Shown one piece after another: positions 37,545 through 47,931 of a DNA stretch of 64,000 nt. Location: positions 12,443-76,442 of the forward strand of contig JALHST010000222.1 in assembly GCA_022865355.1 (NCBI GenBank), in the 5' to 3' direction. The first letter of the stretch is position 1; every line of letters starts with the position of its first letter. This DNA is from Maribacter sp. GTDB lineage: Bacteria > Bacteroidota > Bacteroidia > Flavobacteriales > Flavobacteriaceae. Under the pieces are notes generated by a model. That model ran no database searches. It was not told where the DNA came from and worked only from the letters and a program-made list of their open reading frames with translations. Both the position numbers and the translations under genes were made by a program.

Positions 37545-38309
37545 ATGGAAGAAAAGATAACTACCGAAGGTAAATTTAGGTTCATTGAAAAGGGTGAAGG
37601 CACTCCTATTATTATATTACATGGTCTTATGGGAGGATTGAGTAATTTTCAAGGTGTTACCGAACACTTCCCCAAAAGAGGTTATAAGGTATTGGTGCCT
37701 GAACTGCCCATTTATGAACTGCCCATCATTCGAACCAACGTGAAGAATTTTGCCAAATTCCTAGAGCGGTTTATTGAGTTTAAGGGTCTCAAGGATGTGA
37801 TATTATTAGGAAATTCATTGGGCGGACATATTGGTCTGTTGCATACCAAACTGTATCCTAAAATGGTCAAGGCGCTGGTAATAACCGGAAGTTCAGGTCT
37901 CTATGAAAGTGCCATGGGCGACGGGTATCCCAAACGTGGGGATTATGAGTTTATTAAAAAAAAGGCCGAAAATGTGTTCTATGACCCCAAGGTGGCTACC
38001 AAGGAAATTGTGGACGAGGTGTTCGCCACGGTCAATAATCGCATAAAATTGGTCAAGACCCTGGCCATTGCAAAAAGTGCCATTCGGCATAATATGTCTA
38101 AAGACCTGCCAAAAATGCAGACGCCTACCTGCATTATTTGGGGAGAGAACGATCAAGTCACCCCACCGGACGTCGCGAGGGAGTTTCATGAACTCCTTCC
38201 CGATTCAGATCTGTTCTGGATTAAAAAATGCGGCCATGCCCCCATGATGGAACATCCGAATGAATTCAATCGTATTTTGGATGGCTGGTTAGAGCAACGT
38301 GGGTTTTAA
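37545..38309 (+). CDS. Alpha/beta-fold hydrolase
   Basis: 254 aa. Contains HGLMGG, the nucleophile elbow GNSLGG, and a C-terminal CGHAPMMEHP. Confidence 0.8.
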   Translation: MEEKITTEGKFRFIEKGEGTPIIILHGLMGGLSNFQGVTEHFPKRGYKVLVPELPIYELPIIRTNVKNFAKFLERFIEFKGLKDVILLGNSLGGHIGLLHTKLYPKMVKALVITGSSGLYESAMGDGYPKRGDYEFIKKKAENVFYDPKVATKEIVDEVFATVNNRIKLVKTLAIAKSAIRHNMSKDLPKMQTPTCIIWGENDQVTPPDVAREFHELLPDSDLFWIKKCGHAPMMEHPNEFNRILDGWLEQRGF

Positions 38310-38372
38310 AAGTAGACGGTAGCCCACAACCGGTTTCTATTCCACAAATACTTTTCATTTAAAATTTTCGAT

Positions 38373-38990
38373 GTGAAAATTAAATCGGCCGACTTTGTAA
38401 TCAGCAACACCGATGTTGCCAAATGCCCGAATGAACCCTTGCCCGAATATGCCTTTATCGGTCGGTCGAACGTTGGGAAATCTTCCTTGATAAATATGCT
38501 GACAGAACGCAAAAGTTTGGCAAAGACCTCAGGAAGACCTGGAAAAACGCAACTCATCAATCACTTTAAAATTAATGGAAATTGGTTTTTGGTAGATTTA
38601 CCGGGGTATGGGTATGCTAAAGTCTCCAAGAAAGACAAGCGTACCTTTCAAAAATACATCACCAACTACTTTCTTCAACGATCACAACTGGTGTGTTCTT
38701 TCGTATTGGTCGATATTCGCCATGAGCCTCAGAAAATCGATCTCGAATTTATACAGTGGCTGGGTGAAAATGCCATCCCATTCAGTATTGTATTTACGAA
38801 AGCCGACAAGCTAAAACCCAAGGCCATCGAAAAAAATGTGGCCCGGTACATAACCGAATTATTGGAAGGCATTTGGGAAGAGGCCCCTCATCATTTTGTG
38901 ACTTCTTCTTCAAAAGGAATGGGCAGGGACGAACTGCTGACATTTATCGATGGCGTAAACGATGCCTTCTTTAAGAATCTAAAGCAGTAA
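38373..38990 (+). CDS. engB: Ribosome biogenesis GTP-binding protein YihA/YsxC (EngB)
   Basis: 205 aa. G1 is GRSNVGKSSLIN, G3 is DLPGYG, G4 is TKADK. Confidence 0.92.
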   Translation: MKIKSADFVISNTDVAKCPNEPLPEYAFIGRSNVGKSSLINMLTERKSLAKTSGRPGKTQLINHFKINGNWFLVDLPGYGYAKVSKKDKRTFQKYITNYFLQRSQLVCSFVLVDIRHEPQKIDLEFIQWLGENAIPFSIVFTKADKLKPKAIEKNVARYITELLEGIWEEAPHHFVTSSSKGMGRDELLTFIDGVNDAFFKNLKQ

Positions 38991-39366
38991 ATCCTATTCG
39001 GTCCAAAATCATTTCGATCAGACTTTCGGGTCGATTCATCGCATTCAGCTCTTCGGTCTTTATAAAAACTTCCAACCCGTTGCCGATTTCGATCAAAACG
39101 ATCGGAAACGTGAATTTATACCCAAACTTGGAGGCATATTGCTTTTTGAATTCATTTTTATGTAAAAATTCCATTGGGACCGTACTTTTCTGACGGAATT
39201 TTTTCCAAATTCTTTTTTCGGTAAAGGCTCCGAAAGTAATTTCACAAAGAGGACATTCGTAGGTAGCTGGACTCAGTATTTTATGAACAGCATCAAGCAA
39301 GGAATTTGCGAATCCGGTATTGGCATTGTATACAAAAATGAGTTTTTGAATTGCAGGATCTTTCAT
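38971..39366 (-). CDS. Hypothetical protein with a CPLC motif
   Basis: 131-aa ORF, convergent with engB and overlapping it by 20 nt. Contains YECPLCEITFG. I recognise no family. Confidence 0.45.
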   Translation of the reverse strand: MKDPAIQKLIFVYNANTGFANSLLDAVHKILSPATYECPLCEITFGAFTEKRIWKKFRQKSTVPMEFLHKNEFKKQYASKFGYKFTFPIVLIEIGNGLEVFIKTEELNAMNRPESLIEMILDRIGFTALDS

Positions 39367-39446
39367 ATTGATTTCGTAATACCTTATATTTAGGTCAGGA
39401 GTTAGGTCTCTTGCTATTACGGTTACTTACAAAAAAACGAGCCCTT

Positions 39447-41066
39447 ATGGAAAAACCACTTTTACGCCTGCTATTCATTTTAATCTTGCTGGGTGGGGCC
39501 TGCACGGCACGGCATCAGAATCCGCCGGTTATCGCGCCCTTTTCGGAGGTTGATACCTTGGCTACCAATGATTGGTGGAACCGGGCCGAAAACCCGATTA
39601 TCAATTTAAAGGTAGGTAGGGACAGCATAATTGCCTTTGGCCTCTATACCGTCTCCCATACTACCCTAAAATTAAGTGCACAGCTCTACCCGCTTTACCC
39701 GGAGGAAACCCGGGAGGTACGCCTGGAAATTGAGGAAAATGGCGCATGGAGGGAGCTCCAACGACAAATGGTCAACGACTTGGGTTGGTCGGCCTTGTTT
39801 CGCATCGAAAATTGGGATGACACCCAAGATATAAAATACCGCATACGGCATGGGAAAAAAGCGAGCTTTGAAGGACTGGTACGAAAAGACCCCAAAGAAA
39901 AAGAGGCAATCGTCTTGGCGGCACTCTCCTGTAATTCGAACAAGGATCGCGGTCTTCGTGAGAGTTATGTGCGTAATATCAATTTCCAAGATCCCGACCT
40001 CATCTTTTTTGCAGGCGATCAGTCGTACGACCATACCGAGCATACGGCCGCTTGGTTAAAGTTTGGGCTGCAGTTCAAAGAGACGTTTCGTAACCGGCCA
40101 GCCATCACGATTCCGGACGACCATGATATCGGCCAGGGGAATCTTTGGGGTGAAAACGGAAAAGTATCTACCTATCCCGGAGGGGCCGATGGAGGGTATC
40201 ACTATTCACCGGAATATGTTAAGATGGTTGAACGATGTCAAACGGCCCATTTGCCAGATCCGTTTGACCCTACTCCCATTGAACAGGGTATCGGGGTGTA
40301 TTACACAAATCTTGTTTTAGGCGGCGTTGATTTTGCTATTTTGGAAGACCGCAAGTTTAAATCGGGTCCCGAGGGCAAAATACCCCAACAAGGTCCACGG
40401 CCCGATCATATTCGAAATCCCGAGTACGATCCGGCTTCGATCGACTTACCGGGCTTGACCCTTTTGGGGGACCGCCAATTGCAATTTTTGGATAGCTGGG
40501 GCTCCCAAAACGCGGATGCCTTAAAAGTGGTACTCTCACAGACCGGGTTTTGTGGGGGCGCCCATATTCATGGTACCCTTGATAATCGACTACATGCCGA
40601 TCTTGATAGCAACGGTTGGCCCCAAACAGGTCGCAACAAGGCCCTGGATAAAATTAAAAAGGCCCATGCGATCCACATAGCTGGCGACCAACATTTGGCA
40701 ACGGTCATCAAACACGGCATCACCGAATTCGGGGATGGTCCTTGGGCCTTTGTCGTGCCTGCCAGTGTCAATGATTACTACAGTCGTTGGTGGTGGCCCG
40801 AAGATGAACAAGCGGGGGCCCACCCGAATCAAAATACTACCCTGCCTTGGACGGGGGATTATTTTGACGGCTTCGGCAATAGGATTAGTATGATGGCCTA
40901 TGTAAATCCTGAAAGCCCTTCCCATGGCGGCGGGTATGGATTGATTCGTTTGAATAAAAAAACAAAACAGGCAACCTTTGAATGTTGGCCCCGTAATGTT
41001 GATGTGACCCAACCCGGTGCTCAACAATTCGAGGGCTGGCCCATTACGGTGTCAATGGACAAGTAA
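39447..41066 (+). CDS. PhoD-like metallophosphatase-fold lipoprotein
   Basis: Lipoprotein signal MEKPLLRLLFILILLGGAC. Metallophosphatase-like motifs FFAGDQSYDH, PDDHDIGQGN and IAGDQHLA. The ORF track offers a TTG start at 39411. Confidence 0.55.
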   Translation: MEKPLLRLLFILILLGGACTARHQNPPVIAPFSEVDTLATNDWWNRAENPIINLKVGRDSIIAFGLYTVSHTTLKLSAQLYPLYPEETREVRLEIEENGAWRELQRQMVNDLGWSALFRIENWDDTQDIKYRIRHGKKASFEGLVRKDPKEKEAIVLAALSCNSNKDRGLRESYVRNINFQDPDLIFFAGDQSYDHTEHTAAWLKFGLQFKETFRNRPAITIPDDHDIGQGNLWGENGKVSTYPGGADGGYHYSPEYVKMVERCQTAHLPDPFDPTPIEQGIGVYYTNLVLGGVDFAILEDRKFKSGPEGKIPQQGPRPDHIRNPEYDPASIDLPGLTLLGDRQLQFLDSWGSQNADALKVVLSQTGFCGGAHIHGTLDNRLHADLDSNGWPQTGRNKALDKIKKAHAIHIAGDQHLATVIKHGITEFGDGPWAFVVPASVNDYYSRWWWPEDEQAGAHPNQNTTLPWTGDYFDGFGNRISMMAYVNPESPSHGGGYGLIRLNKKTKQATFECWPRNVDVTQPGAQQFEGWPITVSMDK

Positions 41067-41239
41067 TAATCATAAGGCAGTCAACAGCCGTCTATTGTCG
41101 TTTGAAAGAATTTACAAATAATTACAGGGCACTTTTCAAAGAATATCCTTGGTATGCTTAAATTTTTGGTGGAGTTTTAGGGTATTAATGATATGACATC
41201 GTTGCCAGCAAGTAAATAAAAATCCTTAAAATCTAATAT

Positions 41240-43117
41240 ATGTCAATTAAATATATGCCGAAATCATTAACTTTCTCTTTTTGTTTTTTATTCATATTTT
41301 CCGCTACAGCTCAAACCGTCCTGCCTCCTGCAATAGAATGGCATGGAAAAAGTGAACTAGTAATCGCCGATTCCAATAATCGATGGTTGACTCCTTCCGA
41401 ACGATCTGATTTTGAAACCACTCCTACGTATAACGAAACAATAAACTGGTTTGAAAAACTCACTGCGGCATCTCCCCTACTTCATATGGTAAGTATTGGC
41501 AAAAGTGTAGAAGGCCGAGAAATCTATATGATCATTGCATCCACGGAAAAAAATACTACGGCTACATCCCTAAAAAAATCGAACAAACCCCTATTACTTG
41601 TCCAAGCCGGAATCCATTCCGGCGAAATAGATGGCAAGGATGCCGGAATGATGCTCTTGCGCGACATTGCGTTTGGCGATAAAAAGACCTTGTTGGATAA
41701 GGTAAACTTTCTATTTATACCCATTTTAAGTGTAGATGCACATGAGAATTCATCGTCTTATAATAGGCCCAACCAAAGAGGCCCAGAAAACATGGGCTGG
41801 CGAACCAATGCCCAAAATTTAAACTTGAACCGGGATTATGCAAAGCTCGATACCCAAGAAATAAGGGCCGTGGTGCAGGTTATGAACGAATATGATCCGT
41901 CTATGTACATGGATATCCATGTCACCGATGGTGCGGACTACCAGTACGATATTACATTCGGTGGTGTCGATTTACAGGGGAACTCACCGGGCATTTCGAA
42001 ATGGCTCGAAACGATATATAAACCTGAGGTCGATAAAGACCTGAGCAATAACGGACACATTCCGGGGCCTTTATTAAATGCACTCAATGGCATTGATTTT
42101 TCGCAAGGGAACGTATGGATACTTGGTGGTCCCAGGTATTCGGATAGCTATGGTAATCTGAGACATATGGCCACGCTGCTGATAGAAAATCATTCCTTGA
42201 AACCCTATAAACAAAGAGTGTTGGGAACCTATATTTTACTGGAAAGCACCTTAAAACTATTGGCCATTGAGGGGCAAACCTTGAAGGAAATTATAAAAAC
42301 GGATAAAGCCACTAGATCTGCAAGTTTTCCATTGGCCTGGAAAGTACCCCAAATGAAAGAAGCAATCGATTACGAATCGATAGCCCAATTACAAAGCGCG
42401 GACAATGATGTAACCCCACCCGATTCCTTATTGTTTTTGGGGATAAAATCTAGAATTCAAAAATCGCCCATAACCCATGCCGACTATATAACCTGGTTGG
42501 GCCAACCTGAAACGATGAAAGTGGCCGATTATAAAGCAACAGAACCCATTGATTTCATTATTCGCCCGAAAGGGTACTGGGTGCCGGCCTTTTGCGACGA
42601 GGTTATTGCAAGACTGAAATTACATGGCATCGAAATGGTGACGATTCCTGAAGCCCGTGAAGTAAAAGTAGAAATGTATCGCATTGAAAATCCTAAAATC
42701 GAAAATGAAAGTCATAAAGCAATGCCTTACGAAGGGCATATGCAAGTAAGTGGAAATCCCAAATCTGAAATTCGAAATGAAATATTCCCATCGGGTTCTG
42801 TCTATATTTCTACTGACCAACCCTTAGGGGACTTAGCGATCCTATTATTGGAACCTAACTCAAAAGACTCCTTTTTTAGTTGGGGATTTTTTCTTTCCAT
42901 TTTTCAGAGAACCGAATATATTGAAGGGTATGTAATGGAGCCCATGGCCGAAAGCATGTTGGAAGCGTCTCCAGAATTAAAACAAGAATTCAGACAAAAA
43001 ATGGAACAGGATAAGGAGTTTGCAAATGACCCTGATGCCATATTGACGTGGTTTTACAGCAAAACAAAATATTATGACGATCGGTACCTATTATATCCAG
43101 TAGGGAGGGAATTGTAG
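41240..43117 (+). CDS. Secreted M14-family zinc carboxypeptidase-like protein
   Basis: 625 aa with a signal peptide. Contains the HxxE zinc motif in VQAGIHSGEIDGKDAG, plus NLNRDY. Confidence 0.7.
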   Translation: MSIKYMPKSLTFSFCFLFIFSATAQTVLPPAIEWHGKSELVIADSNNRWLTPSERSDFETTPTYNETINWFEKLTAASPLLHMVSIGKSVEGREIYMIIASTEKNTTATSLKKSNKPLLLVQAGIHSGEIDGKDAGMMLLRDIAFGDKKTLLDKVNFLFIPILSVDAHENSSSYNRPNQRGPENMGWRTNAQNLNLNRDYAKLDTQEIRAVVQVMNEYDPSMYMDIHVTDGADYQYDITFGGVDLQGNSPGISKWLETIYKPEVDKDLSNNGHIPGPLLNALNGIDFSQGNVWILGGPRYSDSYGNLRHMATLLIENHSLKPYKQRVLGTYILLESTLKLLAIEGQTLKEIIKTDKATRSASFPLAWKVPQMKEAIDYESIAQLQSADNDVTPPDSLLFLGIKSRIQKSPITHADYITWLGQPETMKVADYKATEPIDFIIRPKGYWVPAFCDEVIARLKLHGIEMVTIPEAREVKVEMYRIENPKIENESHKAMPYEGHMQVSGNPKSEIRNEIFPSGSVYISTDQPLGDLAILLLEPNSKDSFFSWGFFLSIFQRTEYIEGYVMEPMAESMLEASPELKQEFRQKMEQDKEFANDPDAILTWFYSKTKYYDDRYLLYPVGREL

Positions 43118-43306
43118 GCGAGTTTAGCATAAATTAATACAATCAACCGCCAAAACAATGCATTGAAATAATAGCGGGGTTATTGCTAACACCAATGCAA
43201 GAAAATATTAAAAAGGTCTTTGTTTAACCTAGAAGTTTGGGTTTCAAAAAACATCACTATTCTTAAATTAGAACAATCACCCCAGTTATGACCAACGAAT
43301 AAAAAC

Positions 43307-44119
43307 ATGATAAAATTCTTCCAAAAAATAAGACAACAGCTCTTGACCGAAAACCTGCCTGACCGGCAGGCAGGCAAGATCAGAAGATATCTGCTCTATG
43401 CGGTTGGAGAAATCGCATTGGTTATGATTGGCATTCTGCTTGCCCTGGAAGTAAACAACTGGAACGAAAATCGAAAAGACTCAAACAAAGAACAATTAAT
43501 TTTAAGTCAATTAAAGGAAGAGTACGAGACAGATCTTACACAATTGGAACAAAAAATTTCCCATCGTACCTTCATTATTCAGTCAGCCTCAAAAGTATTA
43601 AAATACATCGATAAGCCAATGAATGTAGATAAGGACAGTCTACTTTCACATATAAGTGTAATTCTGGGAGATCCAACATTCGACCCTATCAAAAACGATC
43701 TCGTTACTTCGGGAAATCTAAGACTGATTAAAAATAGAAACTTAAAAAGATTACTCACAACATGGACATCAGACGTGGTCGCTTTGCAAGAAATTGAAAA
43801 AGAGTGGAGCAGAACGATGTGGGAATATGTGGTTCCTAACTTTATTACCATCGGAATTTTACGGGATGCAGTGTATAATTGGTGGAACGATGAAAAAAAC
43901 CTAACATGGATTTTGGAAGGAAAGGGCGATAACCTGTTTGAAGCAGGTAGATCATATAAAATTATTAAGTCAAGTGAACTATTAAAAAATAAGGAGCTTG
44001 AAGGCATTATGTCGGTTGCCATTTCGTTAAATCAATCAGCCAATATACAATCCCAAGTGCTGCGGATTCGCATTCTGGAACTATTGGAATTATTGAACAC
44101 TGAAATTAAAGGAGAATAA
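43307..44119 (+). CDS. Hypothetical N-terminally anchored protein (flavobacterial DUF6090-like family)
   Basis: 270 aa. Contains MIKFFQKIRQQLLTEN...YLLYAVGEIALVMIGILLALEVNNWNE. The fragment at 44141 is a truncated paralog. Confidence 0.6.
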   Translation: MIKFFQKIRQQLLTENLPDRQAGKIRRYLLYAVGEIALVMIGILLALEVNNWNENRKDSNKEQLILSQLKEEYETDLTQLEQKISHRTFIIQSASKVLKYIDKPMNVDKDSLLSHISVILGDPTFDPIKNDLVTSGNLRLIKNRNLKRLLTTWTSDVVALQEIEKEWSRTMWEYVVPNFITIGILRDAVYNWWNDEKNLTWILEGKGDNLFEAGRSYKIIKSSELLKNKELEGIMSVAISLNQSANIQSQVLRIRILELLELLNTEIKGE

Positions 44120-44140
44120 CAAAAAGCCAACAAGGAGCCC

Positions 44141-44275
44141 ATGATAAAATTTTTTCGAAAAATTAGATATGACTTAATGGTAAAAAATTAAACGGGAAAA
44201 CCTGCCTTGCTGGCAGTCAGGTACATAAAATATGCTATTGGAGAAATTGTACTTGTGGTTATCGGAATTTTATAA
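44141..44275 (+). pseudogene. Decayed N-terminal fragment paralogous to the 43307 gene
   Basis: Reads MIKFFRKIRYDLMVKN*TGKPALLAVRYIKYAIGEIVLVVIGIL*. There is an in-frame TAA at 44189-44191 and premature truncation inside the TM helix. Confidence 0.7.
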
Positions 44276-44329
44276 GTGGGAAACGCATTTTGTAAATTGC
44301 ATTTAGAAAGTTATTGAAATTCAAAAGCC

Positions 44330-44719
44330 ATGTTGAAAATTGACCTGATATTAGCTGTAAAAGAGGTGAAAGCCAGTGCAAAATGGTATGAATCGGTGTT
44401 TGGATGGAAACGCGTCCAAGGGGGAGATGATTTTGCTACATTGATCTCGGAAAACAAGGAAGTATTGCTCTGCCTAAATGCCTGGGAAGAACATGAGCAC
44501 CCTACCATGATCGATCCGGCGAGTATGCCTGGAAGCGGACTCATCTTGCACTTCAGGACCGATGCCATGAATGCCATCCGACAAAATATCGAAAAAATGG
44601 ATGCTGCTGTTGAAGAGGATATTCACCTCAATCCCAACTCTGGGAAACTGGAATTCTCGGTGGGAGATCCCGACGGATACTATCTAACCATCACCGAATA
44701 CCACACCTACGAAGGTTAG
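44330..44719 (+). CDS. VOC/glyoxalase-family protein
   Basis: 129 aa. Contains VKASAKWYESVFGW and DPDGYYLTITEY, typical of the glyoxalase/bleomycin-resistance fold. Confidence 0.7.
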   Translation: MLKIDLILAVKEVKASAKWYESVFGWKRVQGGDDFATLISENKEVLLCLNAWEEHEHPTMIDPASMPGSGLILHFRTDAMNAIRQNIEKMDAAVEEDIHLNPNSGKLEFSVGDPDGYYLTITEYHTYEG

Positions 44720-44830
44720 GATGCATTCAAATATATGCGGTCAACGAGACTGGCTATAGGGGAAGCGCAAAAATCTTAAAATTGAATTAAAAATCATACA
44801 AAAATCAATTGGTAAACGTACCTTAAAACC

Positions 44831-45871
44831 ATGCGAGAACAATTCGGCAAAAAGGCCACGAAGCTTGATTTGGAAAAGTATGCCAGTTCCCCGCAATGGG
44901 ATGGAAAAAAGTTCGTGAATCAGGAAGTTACTACCATGGCCATCAATTTTCAAAGCCTTCCCAAATTGCTGTACAAGCAATTTTGCGAAAAAGAAGGCCG
45001 TGAACCCATAAAAAAATTACCGATCATCCCTTTTGACAAAAAGGCTTTTTTGAGTCCATCTGAAACCACCAAATTTATTTGGTACGGACATTCGGTACTC
45101 CTATTGCGCATGCAGGGTCAGACCCTATTGATAGACCCTATGTTGGGCAATAATGCGGCACCGATTGCCCCATTTTCGGTGAATCGGTTCAGTGAAAATA
45201 CCTTGGCCCTTATCGACGACTTTCCCGAAATCGATCTTTTGCTCCTTAGCCATGACCATTATGACCATCTCGACTATGAGAGCATTCAAAAATTGAAGCC
45301 CAAAGTAAAAAAGTACCTCGTTGCATTAGGTGTAGCCCGTCATTTGGTTCACTGGGGAATCGATCAAGACGCCATTACCGAATTTGATTGGTGGGATCAA
45401 ACAACGGTCGATGGCGTGGCAATAACCTTCACCCCTACCCGGCATTTTTCGGGAAGGGGCCTGACCGATCGGGCAAAATCACTCTGGGGCGGATGGGTTT
45501 TCAAAACGGCCCTTGAAACGATCTGGTTTAGCGGCGATAGCGGGTATGGAAAACATTTTAAGGAAATCGGGGCAAAACTGGGTCCGTTCGACTTTGCCTT
45601 TATGGAAAGTGGTCAATACAATGAACATTGGCATCAAATCCATATGTATCCCGAAGAAAGTGTACAGGCCGCCATTGATGGCAAGGCCAAAAAAATAATG
45701 CCCGTACATTGGGCCGGATTCTCTTTGGCGCAGCACTCCTGGATCGATCCGGTAACCCGGTTTGTTGCCGAGAGTCAAAAAATGAAAATATCTTATGGGG
45801 TGCCGAAATTGGGACAGTTGATCTCAGTAGATGCCCCCTATCCCCATAGCCCTTGGTGGGCAGACGAATAG
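44831..45871 (+). CDS. MBL-fold metallo-hydrolase (NAPE-PLD-like)
   Basis: 346 aa. Metal-binding motif LLLSHDHYDHLD. Confidence 0.8.
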   Translation: MREQFGKKATKLDLEKYASSPQWDGKKFVNQEVTTMAINFQSLPKLLYKQFCEKEGREPIKKLPIIPFDKKAFLSPSETTKFIWYGHSVLLLRMQGQTLLIDPMLGNNAAPIAPFSVNRFSENTLALIDDFPEIDLLLLSHDHYDHLDYESIQKLKPKVKKYLVALGVARHLVHWGIDQDAITEFDWWDQTTVDGVAITFTPTRHFSGRGLTDRAKSLWGGWVFKTALETIWFSGDSGYGKHFKEIGAKLGPFDFAFMESGQYNEHWHQIHMYPEESVQAAIDGKAKKIMPVHWAGFSLAQHSWIDPVTRFVAESQKMKISYGVPKLGQLISVDAPYPHSPWWADE

Positions 45872-45966
45872 AATCGATTACATTGCATTTCCCTACCTCC
45901 TAAGATTTTATTTGGCACCTTGGGAGATTATAAATTTGAATTCATTAATGCTTATTACGTTACGAT

Positions 45967-46683
45967 ATGAAAACAGTATTACACAAGGCCCAAACCCGTG
46001 GTCATGCCGAACATGGCTGGTTGAACAGCTATCATTCCTTTAGTTTTGCCAATTATTACAATCCCGAAAGAATGCATTTTGGGGTCTTGCGTGTTTTGAA
46101 CGATGACGAGGTGGCCCCGGGAATGGGTTTTGGCACCCATCCCCATAGGAATATGGAGATTATTTCTATTCCGTTGGAAGGCGATTTGGAACACAAGGAT
46201 AGTATGGGCAACACCACGGTCATACGACAAGGTGACATTCAGGCCATGAGTGCAGGTACGGGTGTAGAACACAGCGAAAAGAATAAGAACAGGGATAGAA
46301 AGGTAAAGTTCCTGCAGATCTGGATTCTTCCCAACAAGGTAAATGTTGCACCGAAATATGACCAAATCACCCTAGAGACCCCTTTACCACACAATACATT
46401 TTATCAGATAGTTTCCCCGAATCCAGAAGATGATGGCGTCCGGATCCATCAAAATGCCTGGTTGCATCTCGGGGAATTCGACGGGCCCCAAGCAATCGAT
46501 TATCCCCTTAAAGACAAGACCCATGGGGTGTATATCTTTGTTTTGGAAGGCCATTGCGGCGTCGACGGACAAACGCTTCAAAAAAGGGATGGCCTGGGAG
46601 TCTGGGAAACCGATGCCCTACATTTTAAAATTGACACGGGCCATGTCAAAATACTACTGATCGAAGTGCCTATGGCCAATTGA
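45967..46683 (+). CDS. Pirin-family protein
   Basis: 238 aa. Cupin metal site GFGTHPHRNMEIISIPLEG. Confidence 0.88.
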   Translation: MKTVLHKAQTRGHAEHGWLNSYHSFSFANYYNPERMHFGVLRVLNDDEVAPGMGFGTHPHRNMEIISIPLEGDLEHKDSMGNTTVIRQGDIQAMSAGTGVEHSEKNKNRDRKVKFLQIWILPNKVNVAPKYDQITLETPLPHNTFYQIVSPNPEDDGVRIHQNAWLHLGEFDGPQAIDYPLKDKTHGVYIFVLEGHCGVDGQTLQKRDGLGVWETDALHFKIDTGHVKILLIEVPMAN

Positions 46684-46789
46684 AATCTTACCAATTCAAT
46701 ACGCAGAAATGATGCCCCTATATGATTATTGTCATAAATAGAAAGAGGTGCGATTCGTAGTTTTACGAACGCGATAAAACGAAGTACCT

Positions 46790-47575
46790 ATGGAGAAAAT
46801 TTCAACGATTCTTGTTCCCTTTGATTTTTCAGATACCGCAAAGGCCGCCTTGGAATATGCGGTAACCTTTGTTGGCGATAACAAGAACATGGATATTCAT
46901 TTAGCCTATGTGACCCGAAAACCTGATTTGAGCGAATTGAAGAAAGCATTCGCCGTTGAACAGGAAAAGTATAAAAAGCGATTGAAGCGGCCTTTAAAAT
47001 GGATAACTTCTTGGGGCTCCTTGCAAGAGTCACTTATAAAGATAGAGGAGAACCGAAATATAGACCTCGTTATCATGGGAACCTCAGGTGCTTTTGCACA
47101 TAAAGACCCTAGTTTTAGCAATACTTCCAAATTTGTACTCGAAAGTCAAGTCCCTGTGCTGGTAATCCCCAAAAATCGAAAAGAATTCCAGATCAAGAAT
47201 ATTGCCTTGGTGCTTGGAAAAGAAGAAATCGATGATAAAAAAGTCCTCGAAAACCTTTTAAAAATAGCCAATAAATTCAATGCGAAGGTGCATGTCCTGA
47301 CCATAGAGAATACCTCGGATATGTATGGCTATTCCCAAGCCGATCAAAAGAATGAAAACCTCTTGGAATACTATTTGGAAAGTTTTTATTCGGATCATAC
47401 ATTTTTGGAGAACCCGGATGTAGTGAAAGGTATCTTGGCCCATGCCATTGAAAAGGAAATGGATATGATTGCCATTTTGCCTCGAAATCATGCCAAACGC
47501 GGGAATCCCTCGGAAGGCCGGCTTACCGAACTATTGACCTTACAATCGCCCATCCCTATTTTGGCCTTGGTCTGA
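46790..47575 (+). CDS. Universal stress protein (tandem Usp domains)
   Basis: 261 aa. Contains ILVPFDFSDTAKAALEYA and DLVIMGTSGA. A second Usp-like half is present. Confidence 0.75.
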   Translation: MEKISTILVPFDFSDTAKAALEYAVTFVGDNKNMDIHLAYVTRKPDLSELKKAFAVEQEKYKKRLKRPLKWITSWGSLQESLIKIEENRNIDLVIMGTSGAFAHKDPSFSNTSKFVLESQVPVLVIPKNRKEFQIKNIALVLGKEEIDDKKVLENLLKIANKFNAKVHVLTIENTSDMYGYSQADQKNENLLEYYLESFYSDHTFLENPDVVKGILAHAIEKEMDMIAILPRNHAKRGNPSEGRLTELLTLQSPIPILALV

Positions 47576-47589
47576 TCGGATATTATATC

Positions 47590-47931
47590 TCAGGAAGCCC
47601 CCGTCAATCCCAGGTGTTCTGCGAAATAATCGCAGAAATCTTTCATGGTAGCCGTCATTTTTTCATCTTGTGTGGCTTTCATAAAGGTATCCGACAGGGA
47701 GACCAAGGTTTGATGGAAAAAAATCTTCATATCGTCCACGGGCATGTCCTTGGTCCATAAGTCGATTTTTAAGGATTCCTTTTTATCCCCATCCCAAACC
47801 GATAGCAACATAGCCTTGGCCTCCTCATGATCAATGCCGCCATCTTGGGCAGACCACGTCAATTTTTCAGGTACACGGTTTTCATCAAGACCCACGGTCA
47901 ATATTATTTCAGCTGTATGCAATTTTGCCAT
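47590..47931 (-). CDS. gldC: Gliding motility protein GldC
   Basis: 113 aa. Contains AEIILTVGLDENRVPEKLTWSAQDGG and KIDLWTKDMPVDDMKIFFHQTLVSL. Lies directly downstream of gldB, as in characterised Flavobacterium loci. Confidence 0.85.
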   Translation of the reverse strand: MAKLHTAEIILTVGLDENRVPEKLTWSAQDGGIDHEEAKAMLLSVWDGDKKESLKIDLWTKDMPVDDMKIFFHQTLVSLSDTFMKATQDEKMTATMKDFCDYFAEHLGLTGAS

